Source: an uncultured cyanobacterium (GTDB lineage Bacteria > Cyanobacteriota > Cyanobacteriia > Cyanobacteriales > Microcystaceae). From it: 64,000 nt of DNA. The DNA lies in assembly GCA_963807635.1 (NCBI GenBank), contig CAWEDJ010000016.1:1-64000 (forward strand), in the 5' to 3' direction. Made by a program: the position numbers and the translations under genes. This document shows, piece by piece, positions 10,492 through 22,169 of this stretch. The notes below the pieces were generated by a model. It made no database searches, was not told the origin of the DNA, and worked only from the letters and a program-made list of their open reading frames with translations. Numbering within the stretch: position 1 is the first letter of the stretch; each line of letters begins with the position of its first letter.

Positions 10492-11552
10492 TTAAACGGT
10501 TTCGATAATTTCTCCAGTGGCGCGATCGCGTAAAGGAACGTGACGTAATTGCTCTAAATTGGCGGCATTACTACAAAAAGCGGCAATTTTTAGGGTATCA
10601 ATGAGGTTAGAAAATTGCTCCTGGGCCACATCCAAATTAACCGTCGCCGCTTCCAAAATCGGGGCCGCACTGCCGACTAAGGTTGCTCCGATCGCGATCG
10701 CCTTAGCCGCATCCAGACCATTGCGAATCCCCCCACTGGCAAAAATCGGCAAATCAGGAACGGCTTGAAGAACTTCTTTTAAACAAACTGCCGTAGGAAT
10801 GCCCCAACCAGCAAAATTATGGGCAATTAATTGATAACGGTGGTCATTTTGTCGGTAGGCTTCCACTTCGCTCCAACTGGTTCCGCCCGCTCCTGCCACA
10901 TCGATCGCGGCTACCCCGCAGTTTTTTAAACGTTTGGCGACCGAGGCACTGATCCCGTTGCCGACTTCTTTAATAATTACGGGAACTGACAATTTACCGA
11001 CTAAAGTTTCAATTTTTTGCTCTAATCCCGACCACAGGCGATCGCCCCCTGGTTGAACGGCTTCTTGGAGAGGATTGAGGTGCAAAATCAAGGCATCGGC
11101 TTCAATCATGTCAACGGCCCGTTGAGCTTCCTCTAGTCCATAGCCGTAATTCAGTTGAATCGCTCCTAAATTGGCAAAAAGAAGAATATCGGGTGCTACT
11201 GACCGCACTTGATAGGTGGAAACCAAACTGGGATCTTCGATAGCCGCCCGTTGGGAACCGATGCCCATTGCGACTCCCAGGGATTGGGCCACTTCGGCTA
11301 AATGTTTATTAATGGTCGCTGCGGCCTGGTTCCTCCCGTCATGCTACTGATGAGTAAGGGAGCCTGTAACTTTTTTTGCCAGAGGGTTAAACCGAGATCA
11401 ACCTCGTCCAAATTCAGGTCAGGCAGAGCGCAGTGGTCTAAAAAAAAACGCTCAAAGCCCGTTGTTACTCCCTTGGCTTTAACATTTTCTTCGAGAACAA
11501 TCTTGATGTGATCCGCCTTGCGAGTTTCCGTTGATGCTTCTGGTTGTAACAT
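10492..11552 (-). CDS. fni: Type 2 isopentenyl-diphosphate delta-isomerase (indel near 11325)
   Basis: [50 protein letters not shown]. Confidence 0.92.
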
Positions 11553-11557
11553 GAGTT

Positions 11558-11935
11558 TTATGTCAAATTTAACACATCTCTCATATGTTGGTCTCCTCCC
11601 GCGATCGCCATCACTTCTGCAATCAGATCGGGAGCAACACCTAATTCCTGAAGTGTAGCTTCTAGGTTTTCTAACACAGCCCGAAAATGTCCTTCATTTA
11701 ATCCCCGATTCATTACTAATCCCCTGTGAGCTTCTCTCATAGAACGCCCTTGATATTCATTCGTTCCGCCAAAAGCATAGGTTAAAAAGGCTCGTTGATG
11801 TCTCCTTTGTTTGTCCATGTCGATATTGTCAAAAAAATGTTGAATACGGACATCGGCCAACACTTTGTCATAAAATTTATCCACAGAAAGATCAACGGCG
11901 GCTTGACCACCAATTTTTTCATAGAGAGTCTGCAT
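11558..11935 (-). CDS. glbN: Group 1 truncated hemoglobin (cyanoglobin)
   Basis: [42 protein letters not shown]; colinear with Synechocystis GlbN as I recall it. Confidence 0.92.
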   Translation of the reverse strand: MQTLYEKIGGQAAVDLSVDKFYDKVLADVRIQHFFDNIDMDKQRRHQRAFLTYAFGGTNEYQGRSMREAHRGLVMNRGLNEGHFRAVLENLEATLQELGVAPDLIAEVMAIAGGDQHMRDVLNLT

Positions 11936-11990
11936 AGGAACCTAGAAATGGAGTTGGGGAGATTGGAGCTACAAGGGTAAAAATCGTTGA

Positions 11991-12063
11991 TCCAGGGTGC
12001 AGGAGTTGAACCTGCCTTGCACGAATTATGAGTTCGTTGCCTCAACCGCTCGGCCAACCCTGG
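11991..12063 (-). tRNA. tRNA with CAT anticodon, most likely tRNA-Ile2 (lysidine-modified)
   Basis: CCAGGGTTGGCCGAGCGGTTGAGGCAACGAACTCATAATTCGTGCAAGGCAGGTTCAACTCCTGCACCCTGGA folds as a 73-nt cloverleaf; CCA is not encoded. Ile2 versus Met is assigned from resemblance to cyanobacterial tRNA-Ile(CAU). Confidence 0.92.
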
Positions 12064-12125
12064 GAAAGAAACACTTTTCCGATTATAGCCTGTTTGTTGA
12101 GGGAATTTGTGGGGATTTGTTACGG

Positions 12126-13223
12126 TTATCTGAGGGCAAATTTTTGGAGAAAGTCCTCAAAATTGAAATGATCTTTCATTAATTGTTGGATGCAATCGAC
12201 TTTAATGGATTCCTGAAGTCGAACGGTTCCAAAGGCTTGATCGACAATTTCTACCGTTTTTAATGTATCTAGATTGACAGTCAAAATGGGAATTTCTAGA
12301 TCCTCAGCGCGACTGACAATTAACGCTTGGGGCGCAACATTCCCCGTCAAAATCAGGCAACTGGTGGAAGTTTCCAAGGCCGCTAACTGTAAATCCGTGC
12401 GATCGCCCCCTGTCACAACGGCTTTGTTTTCACCTTGACGGAAATATTCCAAGGCTGAGTTAACATTCATCGCGCCAATGGTCAGGGAATCTACCATCAA
12501 ATCCAAGCGATCGGGACGACAGAGGATTTTTGCTTTCAGTTGATGGGCCAGTTCTCGCACACTCACACTGCGGAGTAAATCGTTCTGGGGTAGCATTCCT
12601 AAAACAGGAATTCCTTGTTTTTCTAAAAAAGGTTTGATCAAGTCCTCGGTTTCTGCGATCGCGGAAGGAGGAATATCGTTAATGACAATGCCCAGTAAAT
12701 GTTCGCCCAATTCCTTTTTGGCTTTCAAAAGACCATCGACCACCAGGGGGGAATGGTAACGAGCGACCAAAATAATTTTCGCCAGATTGGTTGAAGCACC
12801 ATTGTCCGTTAGAGAAGCAATCAAATCTTCAAACGAAAGATTAAATAAACTGCCTTCTCCCAAATTCCCAGGCCCTTCCAATAAGACCACATCCGCTTCA
12901 ATGTTTCCCAGGGCAGATTGGAGTTTGTCTAAATAATTGGTACTATCCGTTCCCTCCAGACGTTTTTGAATGGTTTCTGGGGTCAAAAACAGTAAGGGAA
13001 GGCAAATTTGATTGTCTTTTAATCCCAGGGCTTCCTGAACAAACTGGACATCGGCATCTTGATTTTCCTGAATATCTTCACTGAGATCCGTTCCGATGGG
13101 TTTGCCATAGGCGATCGCAAAACCTGCCTCCTGCAATTGACGACCCAGCCCTAAAATCGTGCCAGACTTACCGCTATAGGATTCAATGGAACCCATTAAT
13201 AAAAATTTGCACAAATTTGCCAC
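12126..13223 (-). CDS. Phosphotransacetylase-family protein (BioD-like N-terminus + DRTGG domain)
   Basis: [38 protein letters not shown]. Confidence 0.88.
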   Translation of the reverse strand: MANLCKFLLMGSIESYSGKSGTILGLGRQLQEAGFAIAYGKPIGTDLSEDIQENQDADVQFVQEALGLKDNQICLPLLFLTPETIQKRLEGTDSTNYLDKLQSALGNIEADVVLLEGPGNLGEGSLFNLSFEDLIASLTDNGASTNLAKIILVARYHSPLVVDGLLKAKKELGEHLLGIVINDIPPSAIAETEDLIKPFLEKQGIPVLGMLPQNDLLRSVSVRELAHQLKAKILCRPDRLDLMVDSLTIGAMNVNSALEYFRQGENKAVVTGGDRTDLQLAALETSTSCLILTGNVAPQALIVSRAEDLEIPILTVNLDTLKTVEIVDQAFGTVRLQESIKVDCIQQLMKDHFNFEDFLQKFALR

Positions 13224-13275
13224 AAGACTACTCCTCTATAAATTTTTTAGTCCAAGTTAAAACCAGGTTTCAATG

Positions 13276-13680
13276 CTACGACGATAGAGTTGCTGTCGGC
13301 GATGAATCGTCTATTTTAAGCAATTTTCTATAAAAACCCTGGGGAAAATCTACAACCTTAGTTTCTTTTTTAATATTAATCACCTCAATCAGATAATCGA
13401 TGAATTCTGCATTGAGAATGGTCATTTCATAGCTCAACTCAGCTTGTCCGTCAAATTGGATACGACAACGGGTTAATTCGGAAGGAAGCTTAGACACATA
13501 CCAGGAAGCGGCAAAGGTAATCCCGTTTGATCCTTCAATACGGCGTTCTCCTTCTAGTCGTCCTTGTTGATACAAACTAATGGATAATGGTAAGATCTTG
13601 TGCTTATCTTTGTGGTAATAGGGTTGATAAATCATCACATCACCCTTACTTGCAGGTTCTAATTGATCGATTGAGGTCAT
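13276..13680 (-). CDS. ebsA: Type IV pilus biogenesis protein EbsA
   Basis: LEPASKGDV..YQPYY, LPLSISLYQQG.LEGERRIEG, DFPQGFYRKLL. Confidence 0.8.
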   Translation of the reverse strand: MTSIDQLEPASKGDVMIYQPYYHKDKHKILPLSISLYQQGRLEGERRIEGSNGITFAASWYVSKLPSELTRCRIQFDGQAELSYEMTILNAEFIDYLIEVINIKKETKVVDFPQGFYRKLLKIDDSSPTATLSS

Positions 13681-13799
13681 GGCAATCCTCTTAAAATCCT
13701 TGTTAAGTGACAGGAGAATAGTTCCATCAATTATTATCCCCCCTATCTTCCCATTAGTGGAAAATAGCCATAGGTTTTTCTAAAAATAACCCCCTCAGA

Positions 13800-14531
13800 T
13801 TAATTTTCCTGGGGATAACGATCCCATAAATCCGTTATTTGGCGCAGACTTTGATGCTCCCCATTACCGAGAATTAAATGATCTAAAACGGGAATTTGTA
13901 AATATTGTGCGCCCTGGAGCAATAATTCCGTTAACTTAATATCCTCTGGGCTGGGTTCCAAACTCCCTGAAGGATGATTGTGGGCTACAATGAGCCGCGT
14001 CGCTCCCTGTTTAATGACTTCTCGAAAAATTTCACGGGGATGGATCAGGGTTTCCGTTGCTGTCCCGACTGTAATGACCTTCGTTCCCAGTAATCGATTT
14101 TTTACATCCAACATTGCGATCGCGAAATGCTCCTGGGACTGCCACATCAACTCATGACCCAAAGCCGCCGCCGCCGAAGCAGGACTATCCACGATCACCC
14201 GTTCCAATGGGCGTAATTGAAAAACCCGTTTTCCCAATTCTACTGCCGCCAAAATCGTCGTCGCCTTAGCAGGGCCAATGCCTGGAAAATTCATCAATTC
14301 CTGGGGATGAATCTCTCGCAACACATCCAGGGGATCTCGTTGATGTTGTCCTAATTGTTGGAGAATATGTTGCCCCAAGCCAACCGCAGAAAGTTTGCCC
14401 TTACCCTGACCCGTTGCCAAGAGAATCGCTAACAATTCAGCCGTCGAGAGGTGTTTTGAACCCAAGGATAATAAACGTTCCCTCGGTCGCTCGGTGGTCG
14501 GCAAATCGGCAATTCTGAGACTATAGGTCAT
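13800..14531 (-). CDS. radC: RadC family JAB-domain protein
   Basis: ERPRERL, GIGPAKA, HPREIF, AHNHPSG...SPED, VLDHLI. Confidence 0.95.
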   Translation of the reverse strand: MTYSLRIADLPTTERPRERLLSLGSKHLSTAELLAILLATGQGKGKLSAVGLGQHILQQLGQHQRDPLDVLREIHPQELMNFPGIGPAKATTILAAVELGKRVFQLRPLERVIVDSPASAAAALGHELMWQSQEHFAIAMLDVKNRLLGTKVITVGTATETLIHPREIFREVIKQGATRLIVAHNHPSGSLEPSPEDIKLTELLLQGAQYLQIPVLDHLILGNGEHQSLRQITDLWDRYPQEN

Positions 14532-14642
14532 GATTGTGGTTTAGGGTTGAATAGAATAGCTTTTTTATAGAATATCCTAAACTAGTTTTTAAATCATGAA
14601 ATATTTAAGCCGATGTTCAAGTGATAATTCAGAAGATGGGGA

Positions 14643-14738
14643 TATAGCGGTGTGCAGTCGGACGGGATATAGGCAAGGGGCTTAAGCCCCTTGTTAATTA
14701 AGTTTTGACCATACCTCACTTGTATGAATACCGCTATA
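14643..14738. mobile_element. MITE-like element with an internal 20-bp palindrome
   Basis: TATAGCGGT...ACCGCTATA termini; CAAGGGGCTTAAGCCCCTTG at 14674-14693. Confidence 0.6.
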
Positions 14739-14753
14739 CTTCGGGAAGGATTT

Positions 14754-15236
14754 TTAATTCAGCTTTAATTGATTTTTGACGTACATTAATAGTCCTTGGC
14801 AACTATCAATTAGTAAATCAATGACGTTTTCAAATCCCTTTTGACCGCCATAGTAGGGATCGGGAACTTCTCTTGTTGCGTAGTTTTGGGCAAAATCGCA
14901 CATCAATTTCACCTTGTCGCCATAGATTTGTTGGCGGTCTAGGGAGAGGATATTATGATAATTTTCCTTGTCCATTGCCAAAATTAAGTCAAATTCTTCA
15001 AAGTCTGAATATTCAAATTGTCGGGCCTCACCATTTACCACAAAGCCTCTGTTGATTAAGGCACTGGTCATGCGTCGGTCAGGTGGAGAACCCACATGAT
15101 AACTAGAGGTTCCTGCCGAATCACAGATAATTTGCCAGTTTAAGCCTGCTTCTTCGATTAAGTGATTCATGATATTTTCCGCAGAGGGCGATCGGCAAAT
15201 ATTACCGAGACAGACAAAGAGGATTTTATAGGCCAT
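14754..15236 (-). CDS. Low molecular weight protein-tyrosine phosphatase
   Basis: FVCLGNICRSP and VPDPYYGG. Confidence 0.95.
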   Translation of the reverse strand: MAYKILFVCLGNICRSPSAENIMNHLIEEAGLNWQIICDSAGTSSYHVGSPPDRRMTSALINRGFVVNGEARQFEYSDFEEFDLILAMDKENYHNILSLDRQQIYGDKVKLMCDFAQNYATREVPDPYYGGQKGFENVIDLLIDSCQGLLMYVKNQLKLN

Positions 15237-15292
15237 GGTGATCTAAGTCCTATTGTGCAAGGATTCAAAGTAGCTATTTTAAAACAAAATGC

Positions 15293-15667
<375 letters not shown>

Positions 15668-15681
15668 TTAATTATACCGCT

Positions 15682-16467
15682 TCAATAGTCATTATCGGCC
15701 ACGCAAATTCCCTTACATTTAAGCCCATTACTCGCAGTACGGAGACAGTGGGGACAGAGAATTGGATCTGCTTTTTTTTCAAAAGACCAGGCTTGATGCC
15801 AGCGAAAACGGCTGATTTCTGTTGCTGTTGAAAAACCTGCTTGAGTCGATAGTTCTTTGATGGTAGAAACGGTTTCAGGAAAATCATGATTGCGGATGTG
15901 TTCATAGATCGATTCTTTTCCCCCAGGCGCGATCGCCGTCCAATCAGATTCCATCCAGGCTGAATAATGCTGAAAATATTGGTTACGGTCTTCTGTTTCG
16001 TCGCGCATTACGTCGATTAAGAGTAATATTCCTTGGGAATTGAGTTTCTCGGAAGCAAGGGTAAAAAATTGGCTTTTTTCAGCTAAAGAGAGATGATGCA
16101 GGGCAAAACTAGAAAAAATCAGATCAAAACTTTCAGGGGTTTCTTGTAATCCCGCTAATAAATCTCCCTGACATAGTTCAACAACTTCCTGAATCGGAGC
16201 TAAATTTTCACGGGCTTTGGCGATCGCGACTTCCGAAAGGTCATAGCCTCTATAATTCTCAATGGTTTGTTTCCTGAGAACGGGGGCAAGATGACGCGCA
16301 CTACCACAACCGAGATCCAATATTTTTAAAGGGCGATCGGCGTAATGCTGATTTAGTAAACTTTTGACGCTTTGATATAACTCATCATGGAACATATAAT
16401 TGCAATCCAATACTTGATCATAGAGCGACCAGGCATCAAAAAATTCTCGGACAATAGTTTGTTTCAT
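15682..16467 (-). CDS. Class I SAM-dependent methyltransferase
   Basis: ILDLGCGS, FDLIFSSFALHHL. Confidence 0.88.
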   Translation of the reverse strand: MKQTIVREFFDAWSLYDQVLDCNYMFHDELYQSVKSLLNQHYADRPLKILDLGCGSARHLAPVLRKQTIENYRGYDLSEVAIAKARENLAPIQEVVELCQGDLLAGLQETPESFDLIFSSFALHHLSLAEKSQFFTLASEKLNSQGILLLIDVMRDETEDRNQYFQHYSAWMESDWTAIAPGGKESIYEHIRNHDFPETVSTIKELSTQAGFSTATEISRFRWHQAWSFEKKADPILCPHCLRTASNGLKCKGICVADNDY

Positions 16468-16547
16468 CGGAAATATTAATCGTTTTTAGCAAAAATCCGT
16501 AATCAATTCTATGATAAACAATCCAACCAGCCTTGAAAACGCATTTT

Positions 16548-16561
16548 AGTACAAATGTTCT
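16548..16561 (+). promoter_or_regulatory. Cyanobacterial LexA box upstream of lexA
   Basis: AGTAC-AAA-TGTTCT matches RGTAC-N3-DGTWCB. Confidence 0.75.
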
Positions 16562-16625
16562 CAAAAAATGAGTTTTTGTCCTAACATAGAAAAAAAATTG
16601 ATTGTTCAATCCCAGACAATTTCCG

Positions 16626-17231
16626 ATGGAATCCCTTACCCCAGTTCAGCAAGAACTCTATGATTGGTTGGTGCAATATATCGAAACCACTCACCACGCT
16701 CCCTCTATTCGCCAAATGATGCGGGCGATGAATCTGCGATCGTCTGCTCCTGTTCAAAGCCGTCTGGAATATTTACGCAAAAAGGGTTATTTAGAATGGA
16801 CAGAGGGTCAAGCCAGAACGATCCGTATTTTGCACCATAAACCCAAAGGAATGGCGATTTTAGGTGAAATTTTAGCGGGGGGATTGGTAGAAACCTATAC
16901 CGATGAAAAGGAAAAATTAGATCTTTCTCAGATGTTTCAAGAAACAGATTGTTATGCTCTCCGAGTGGTGGGAGATGGAATGATAGAAGATCATATTAGG
17001 GCGGGAGATATGGTGATATTACGACCTCTTATGGCAGTGGACGTTCCTCCCAATGGGGAGATTGTTGTCGCCAAGGTAGAAAAATATGGCACAACGTTAA
17101 AACGATTTTATCAAGCAGAAGACCGCGTTTTACTAAAGCCGACTAATGCCAACTCTGAATCCATTGAAGTCATGGATTATCAAGTGGAAATTAAGGGAAT
17201 ATTAGTAGGAATTTGGCGCAGTTACCTTTAG
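16626..17231 (+). CDS. lexA: LexA repressor (catalytic Ser position is Gly)
   Basis: APSIRQMMRAMNLRS.APVQSRL winged helix, LAGG, YALRVVGDGM, TTLKRF. Confidence 0.93.
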   Translation: MESLTPVQQELYDWLVQYIETTHHAPSIRQMMRAMNLRSSAPVQSRLEYLRKKGYLEWTEGQARTIRILHHKPKGMAILGEILAGGLVETYTDEKEKLDLSQMFQETDCYALRVVGDGMIEDHIRAGDMVILRPLMAVDVPPNGEIVVAKVEKYGTTLKRFYQAEDRVLLKPTNANSESIEVMDYQVEIKGILVGIWRSYL

Positions 17232-17247
17232 AATTTATTTTCAATTT

Positions 17248-18483
17248 TTATCTAGAACTAACTTCGTCCATTTCAGCTAATTTTAAATATTTTGCAACGG
17301 GAATCAGGGTTAATCCTTGCAAAAAAATCGATACTAAAACGATAAAGAAAACGACATTAAAAATAGCCTTTCCTTGGTATAAATTAACGGTTAAGGGCAT
17401 TGTTGCTAAAATAATGGGAACCGATCCCCGCAATCCCACCCAGGAAACAAATAATTTTTCCTGCCATTTCATGGGGTTAAAGCCTAACGAAATAAAGACA
17501 CTGACGGGACGGGCGACAAAGATTAAAAATAGGGCGATCGCGATCGCAACCCCAGCCGTTTTGGGTAATTCGGACGGATTGACGAGTAATCCAAAGGTTA
17601 AAAACATGGTGATCTGCATTAACCAAGTTAAACCGTCATGAAAACTGACAATGCTTTCTTTATACACAAATGGGCGATTTCCCATGATAATTCCCGCTAA
17701 ATAAACTGCGAGAACGGCACTGCCATTGAGTAGGGTGGTGGTTCCCGAAATGAGGAAAATGCTCCCCAATGTCGCCACAGGATAGAGTCCCTGGGAAGGT
17801 AAGTTTAAATGATTCATCATCCAGACCATACCCAAGCCCGAACCATAACCGATTAAAATCGCGATCGCCAGTTGTAGAAACAGTTCCCACAAAAAAGTAA
17901 CCACAGAAAAATGAGAACGGGTTAGGGTGGCGAGAATATTAATGGTTAAAAGCACTGCGATCGGATCATTACTGCCTGATTCCAACTCCAATAATCCCTG
18001 GAGTTTTTCGGGTAATTTAAAAGAACTAGACCGAAACACCGAAAACACTGCCGCCGCATCCGTTGAAGAAATAATGGCTCCCAACAAAAGAGCTTGTCCC
18101 CAGGAAATACCTTGCGTCCCAATTTCAAAACTTGAAAAAGACCCTAAGATAAACCAACTAAAGGTTGCGACCAATAAAACGGTTAAAACAACACCAACGG
18201 AGGCTAACGTTAACCCAGGCAATAAAACAGGACGAATTTTTGACCATTCCGTATCTAATCCCCCCGTAAATAAAATAATGGTCAGGGCAAAGTCTCCAAT
18301 GAATTTGGCGATCGCGGGATCATCGAATTGAATTTGTCCAATGCCATCGGAACCCGCCAACATCCCAACGGTGAGGAACAAAAGCAACGCAGGAACCCCA
18401 AGACGGCCAGAGGCTTTACTGGCTAATACACTAGCCAATAATAAAACGGCAATAATAATAAATATTTGCTCGGTTGGTAACAT
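17248..18483 (-). CDS. Potassium/proton antiporter (NhaP2/CvrA type), membrane domain only
   Basis: ILFTGGLDT, SSTDAAAVFS, LELESGSNDP, WVGLRGSVPIILA. Confidence 0.88.
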   Translation of the reverse strand: MLPTEQIFIIIAVLLLASVLASKASGRLGVPALLLFLTVGMLAGSDGIGQIQFDDPAIAKFIGDFALTIILFTGGLDTEWSKIRPVLLPGLTLASVGVVLTVLLVATFSWFILGSFSSFEIGTQGISWGQALLLGAIISSTDAAAVFSVFRSSSFKLPEKLQGLLELESGSNDPIAVLLTINILATLTRSHFSVVTFLWELFLQLAIAILIGYGSGLGMVWMMNHLNLPSQGLYPVATLGSIFLISGTTTLLNGSAVLAVYLAGIIMGNRPFVYKESIVSFHDGLTWLMQITMFLTFGLLVNPSELPKTAGVAIAIALFLIFVARPVSVFISLGFNPMKWQEKLFVSWVGLRGSVPIILATMPLTVNLYQGKAIFNVVFFIVLVSIFLQGLTLIPVAKYLKLAEMDEVSSR

Positions 18484-18524
18484 TTAATGGAGAAATTCGT
18501 CAGAAATCTGCAAAACAGAAAAAA

Positions 18525-19656
18525 TTAATATAACTCATATTTGAGCAGGGTGCAGGGAAGGGGGCCGTTATAGATAGGAATACGACGAGAGGCTTTGAGT
18601 CCAATTTTCTTACCCAATTCCTTATTTCCCGTTAAAACGTAGGCTGTCCAGCCTTTGAAACGTTGTTTGAAAACATCTCCCAATAATTTATAAAGCGCAC
18701 CTAGTTCCTGCTCTTCACCAACACGGATACCGTAGGGAGGATTGCAAATAATAATACCGTGATCGGCGGGGGCTTCAACTTCGGCTAAGGCTTTGTGTTG
18801 GAAGTATAAATGTTCTTCCAGTCCACTGGCTTTGGCATTATCTCTCGCTTGGCTGACAATGTTTGCATCGGCATCACTCCCCCAAATAATCGAAGGTAGT
18901 TCGCTCAAGGTTTCGTTTTGAGCTTCTGTTTGCAATTTTTCCCAGAGGGTTTTATCAAAATCTGGCCAATTCTCGAAGGCAAAGGAGTTATAAAGCCCTG
19001 GCGCAACTTTGAGGGCAATTAACGCCGCTTCAATCGGTAAAGTTCCCGAACCACAGAGCGGGTCTAAAAACGGCAAATCGGGTGTCCATTTCGCGATCGC
19101 GAGTAAAGCCGAGGGCGCAGGTTTCCTTGAGGGGAGCTAGACCCATTGCAGGCCGATAACCACGACGATGGAGACTAAAACCCGAACTATCAAGACTAAT
19201 GACACAATTATCGCGATATATATGGGCATTAATAATAATATCGGGATATTCGGTATCAATATCAGAACGTTTACCCGTTTTTGTGCGTTGTTGATCAACG
19301 ATCGCATTTTTGACCTGTAGCGCGGTGAAATGACTATGATTAAGGTTGCGATTACTGCCCGTGCAATTCACCAAAAATGCTTGATTCGTTTGGATATAAT
19401 CTAGCCAATTAATACTCTGGACACCCTGATATAGTTGCTCTGCATCCCGACTCTTGACCTCTGCAATGGGAACCAATACCCGAAAAATCACCCTAGACCA
19501 CAAATTGATGCGATAAAGCGTTTCCTGATTACCCTGAAAAGAAACTCCCGTGAATTCGGGCGTGGCATTAATCGCCCCCAAACGGGTTAATTCCTGAGCC
19601 GCAATTTCTTCTAAACCTCTGGCAACCGTCGCAAAATAATTTTGGGTAGAACTCAT
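18525..19656 (-). CDS. THUMP-domain RNA methyltransferase (RlmL-like; indel near 19115)
   Basis: YFATVARGLEE, SLHRRGYR, APLKET, DPLCGSGT, CNPPYG. Confidence 0.88.
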
Positions 19657-19712
19657 GGGTGGATTCAATGCCGATTAATACTATATAAAAATCATAGATT
19701 ATTTGAGGTCAT

Positions 19713-21111
19713 TTATTTTTTATCAGGTAAGTTTCTCGGTGGAATTGGATTGCCTTGATAAAACTTCTTCTCTAATTGATTTAAACTAAACCAAAGCATT
19801 ACACTAATCAATAAAATACTACTCAAGCTAATACCGACTAATTGATTCTGTCCAACAATAAAAAATAAAATAGGGGTTAATATTAAGGCGATCGCGCTTA
19901 AAATCATCGATCCTAATTTCAGTCGTTGAATATTAGCCAAAGCCGCTCGACAACTGGCACAATTTTTCGTGTGGGAATGGTAACGGTCTAATAAAATTTC
20001 TGAGGATAAAATAGGCGATAAAGACTTACCCCAAAACGGCTCTGCTTGGTATTGATTCACCCATTTTCGTAATTCAGAGACAAAGAGATCGGCTTTAGTC
20101 GGTAAATAAAATGCCTGGGCAAACTTTTCACTTCCTCCTTTTTTTTCTAGATAACGCTCCTGAGCATGGAGAAAAATTTGATCATCTTCTAGGACTCGAT
20201 TTTGTCCTAAATGGGAATACCAAGTTGGGGTTAATTTAATGGCTAAACGAGGAATTTTGGCAGAAAATTTAAAGGGAAAACGGGCAAATAAACGACATTC
20301 TCCCTTACGAATGGGCGTTGCATATACCACTGTCAAAGTCCGACCAAATTGTTTAGAGGTTAAATCATGCCACATCAAATTAGGCGCAACAAAAAAGGTG
20401 GTTTGTCTGCCCAGGGTTCCTTTTCGTCGGCCCCTCTTCCCAAATACCTTGAAATCCTTGCCGATCCGCCTGAATTACTTCCAAATTAACAGGACTGACA
20501 TTAGCGCGATCGCCAACGGTGCGGTGATGGGTGTAGGGAACATGGCTGGCATCCAGGACATTTTCCAGTAAAGTCAAGGCATCGTAGGGCAAATCTCGAA
20601 AAATATTTAAACAGACCCATTCATCAGAAGGATCATCCAACACATCAACGGTGGGAACGGGGGTTTGCTCAGCATGGTCAGGATTACCCGCAAAAACGAA
20701 TAATAAACCCTGACGAACGGTTGTGGGGAATGCTCGGACACAGGCCCGTTGGGATGACTGCGCTTGTCCTTCTGCTTCTTGTTGGGGAATGGTTTCACAG
20801 TTACCCTTGCCTGAAAATGTCCAACCATGATAGGGACATTCCAATTGCCCTGATTCGTTAATTCTGCCTTCTGAGAGGGGCGCGAGGCGATGGGGACATT
20901 GATCACTAAAAGCCCGCCAAGTTAGATCAGTTTTATCCCACCAAATGACAATATCCTGCTCTAAAAGGGTAAATTTGCTGAGTTTGGTTTTATCCAGATC
21001 CTCGGTGTAATAAACGGGATACCAGGCTTGTTTCCAGTCAAAAGAGGAAGGATCAATTCCTCCTGCGGGTAAAACGTTTTGGGAAGCATTTAGACTGGTT
21101 GCGGTGGTCAT
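19713..21111 (-). CDS. Rieske 2Fe-2S oxygenase, pheophorbide a oxygenase (PaO) family (indel near 20428)
   Basis: DQCPHRLAPLSEG, CPYHGW, ENVLDASHVPYTH, VLEDD, HTKNCASC. Confidence 0.9.
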
Positions 21112-21196
21112 AGGGAATGTTTAAAAAGTGTTCTGTTACGAATTGTAACGAATTTTGAGCGGGGATTCCTAGCAGATAAACAAGAAAATAAGCCCC

Positions 21197-22155
21197 TCAT
21201 AGCGGTTTAATCGCTAAATTAATAATCCCGTCTCCCTGATTCACCAAGGGATTTTGAGTATGTCCAATGACAATTCCTGCTTGGGGCGATCGCACTTTAA
21301 CATTGGTATCCCCAAAGGTATCCGTAATAAAACCCAATAATCCTCGTTTTTCTACTGGGTGTCCGAGCTTAACCTGTAAATGAAAAATCCCACTAATCGG
21401 TGCCCGAACCCATTTGGTTTCTCGGACTTCGATGGAGTTTGTTTGGGAAGAAAAGAAAGGGTTTTCATACATTTCTAGGGTCGCCATCACTCGAAAAATT
21501 CCCTCTACACCGATGCGAATAGACTCCGTATCAAATCTCAACGCTTCCCCCGCTTCGTAGAGCAAAACGGGAATACCTTTTTTACTGGCAGATTGACGCA
21601 GAGAACCGTCTCTAGTGTTGGCATGGAGGAGCAGGGGCGCACTAAAGGCTTTCGCACAACGATAGGTTTCGGGATCATCTAAATTGGCGCGAATTTGCGG
21701 CAAATTAGTGCGGGGCTGTCCTGCTGTGTGTAGATCGATGCCATGAGTGCTGTGATTGACGATTTCTGTCATGAATAAATGGGCTAACCGTGAGGCCAGT
21801 GATCCCTGCGGTGAGCCAGGAAAGCAACGGTTGAGGTCGCGGCGATCGGGTAAATAACGGGATTGTTCAATAAAACCAAAGACATTCACCACAGGAACGG
21901 CTAACAGGGTTCCCTTAAGTTTTTTCGGTTTAATGATGCCCAATACTTGACGAATAATGTCAACGCCGTTAATTTCATCGCCATGAATGGCCGCACTCAG
22001 CCACAATCTTGGGCAGGTTCTGAACCATGTATAACAACAACGGGTAAGGAAATGAGGGTTTGGGTCGGTAAACGGGAGACGGGAATTTCGATTCGCCTTC
22101 TTTGTCCTGGCGCGATCGCTTCTCCGCCAATGGTGATCCATTTTCCTGTTACCAT
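21197..22155 (-). CDS. Succinylglutamate desuccinylase/aspartoacylase (M14-like) family protein (indel near 22013)
   Basis: AAIHGDEING, RRDLNRCFPG, IDLHT, YEAGE, and a C-terminal hybrid-motif domain. Confidence 0.88.
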
Positions 22156-22169
22156 TTTTTTTGAATAAA

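Noticed and set aside
11991..12063. tRNA as an island integration site
   Set aside because: No integrase nearby and no duplicated tRNA 3' end seen in the window.
21135..21149. GTTAC-N5-GTAAC palindrome upstream of the Rieske oxygenase
   Set aside because: Could be an operator, but the arms are only 5 bp and I cannot assign a regulator.
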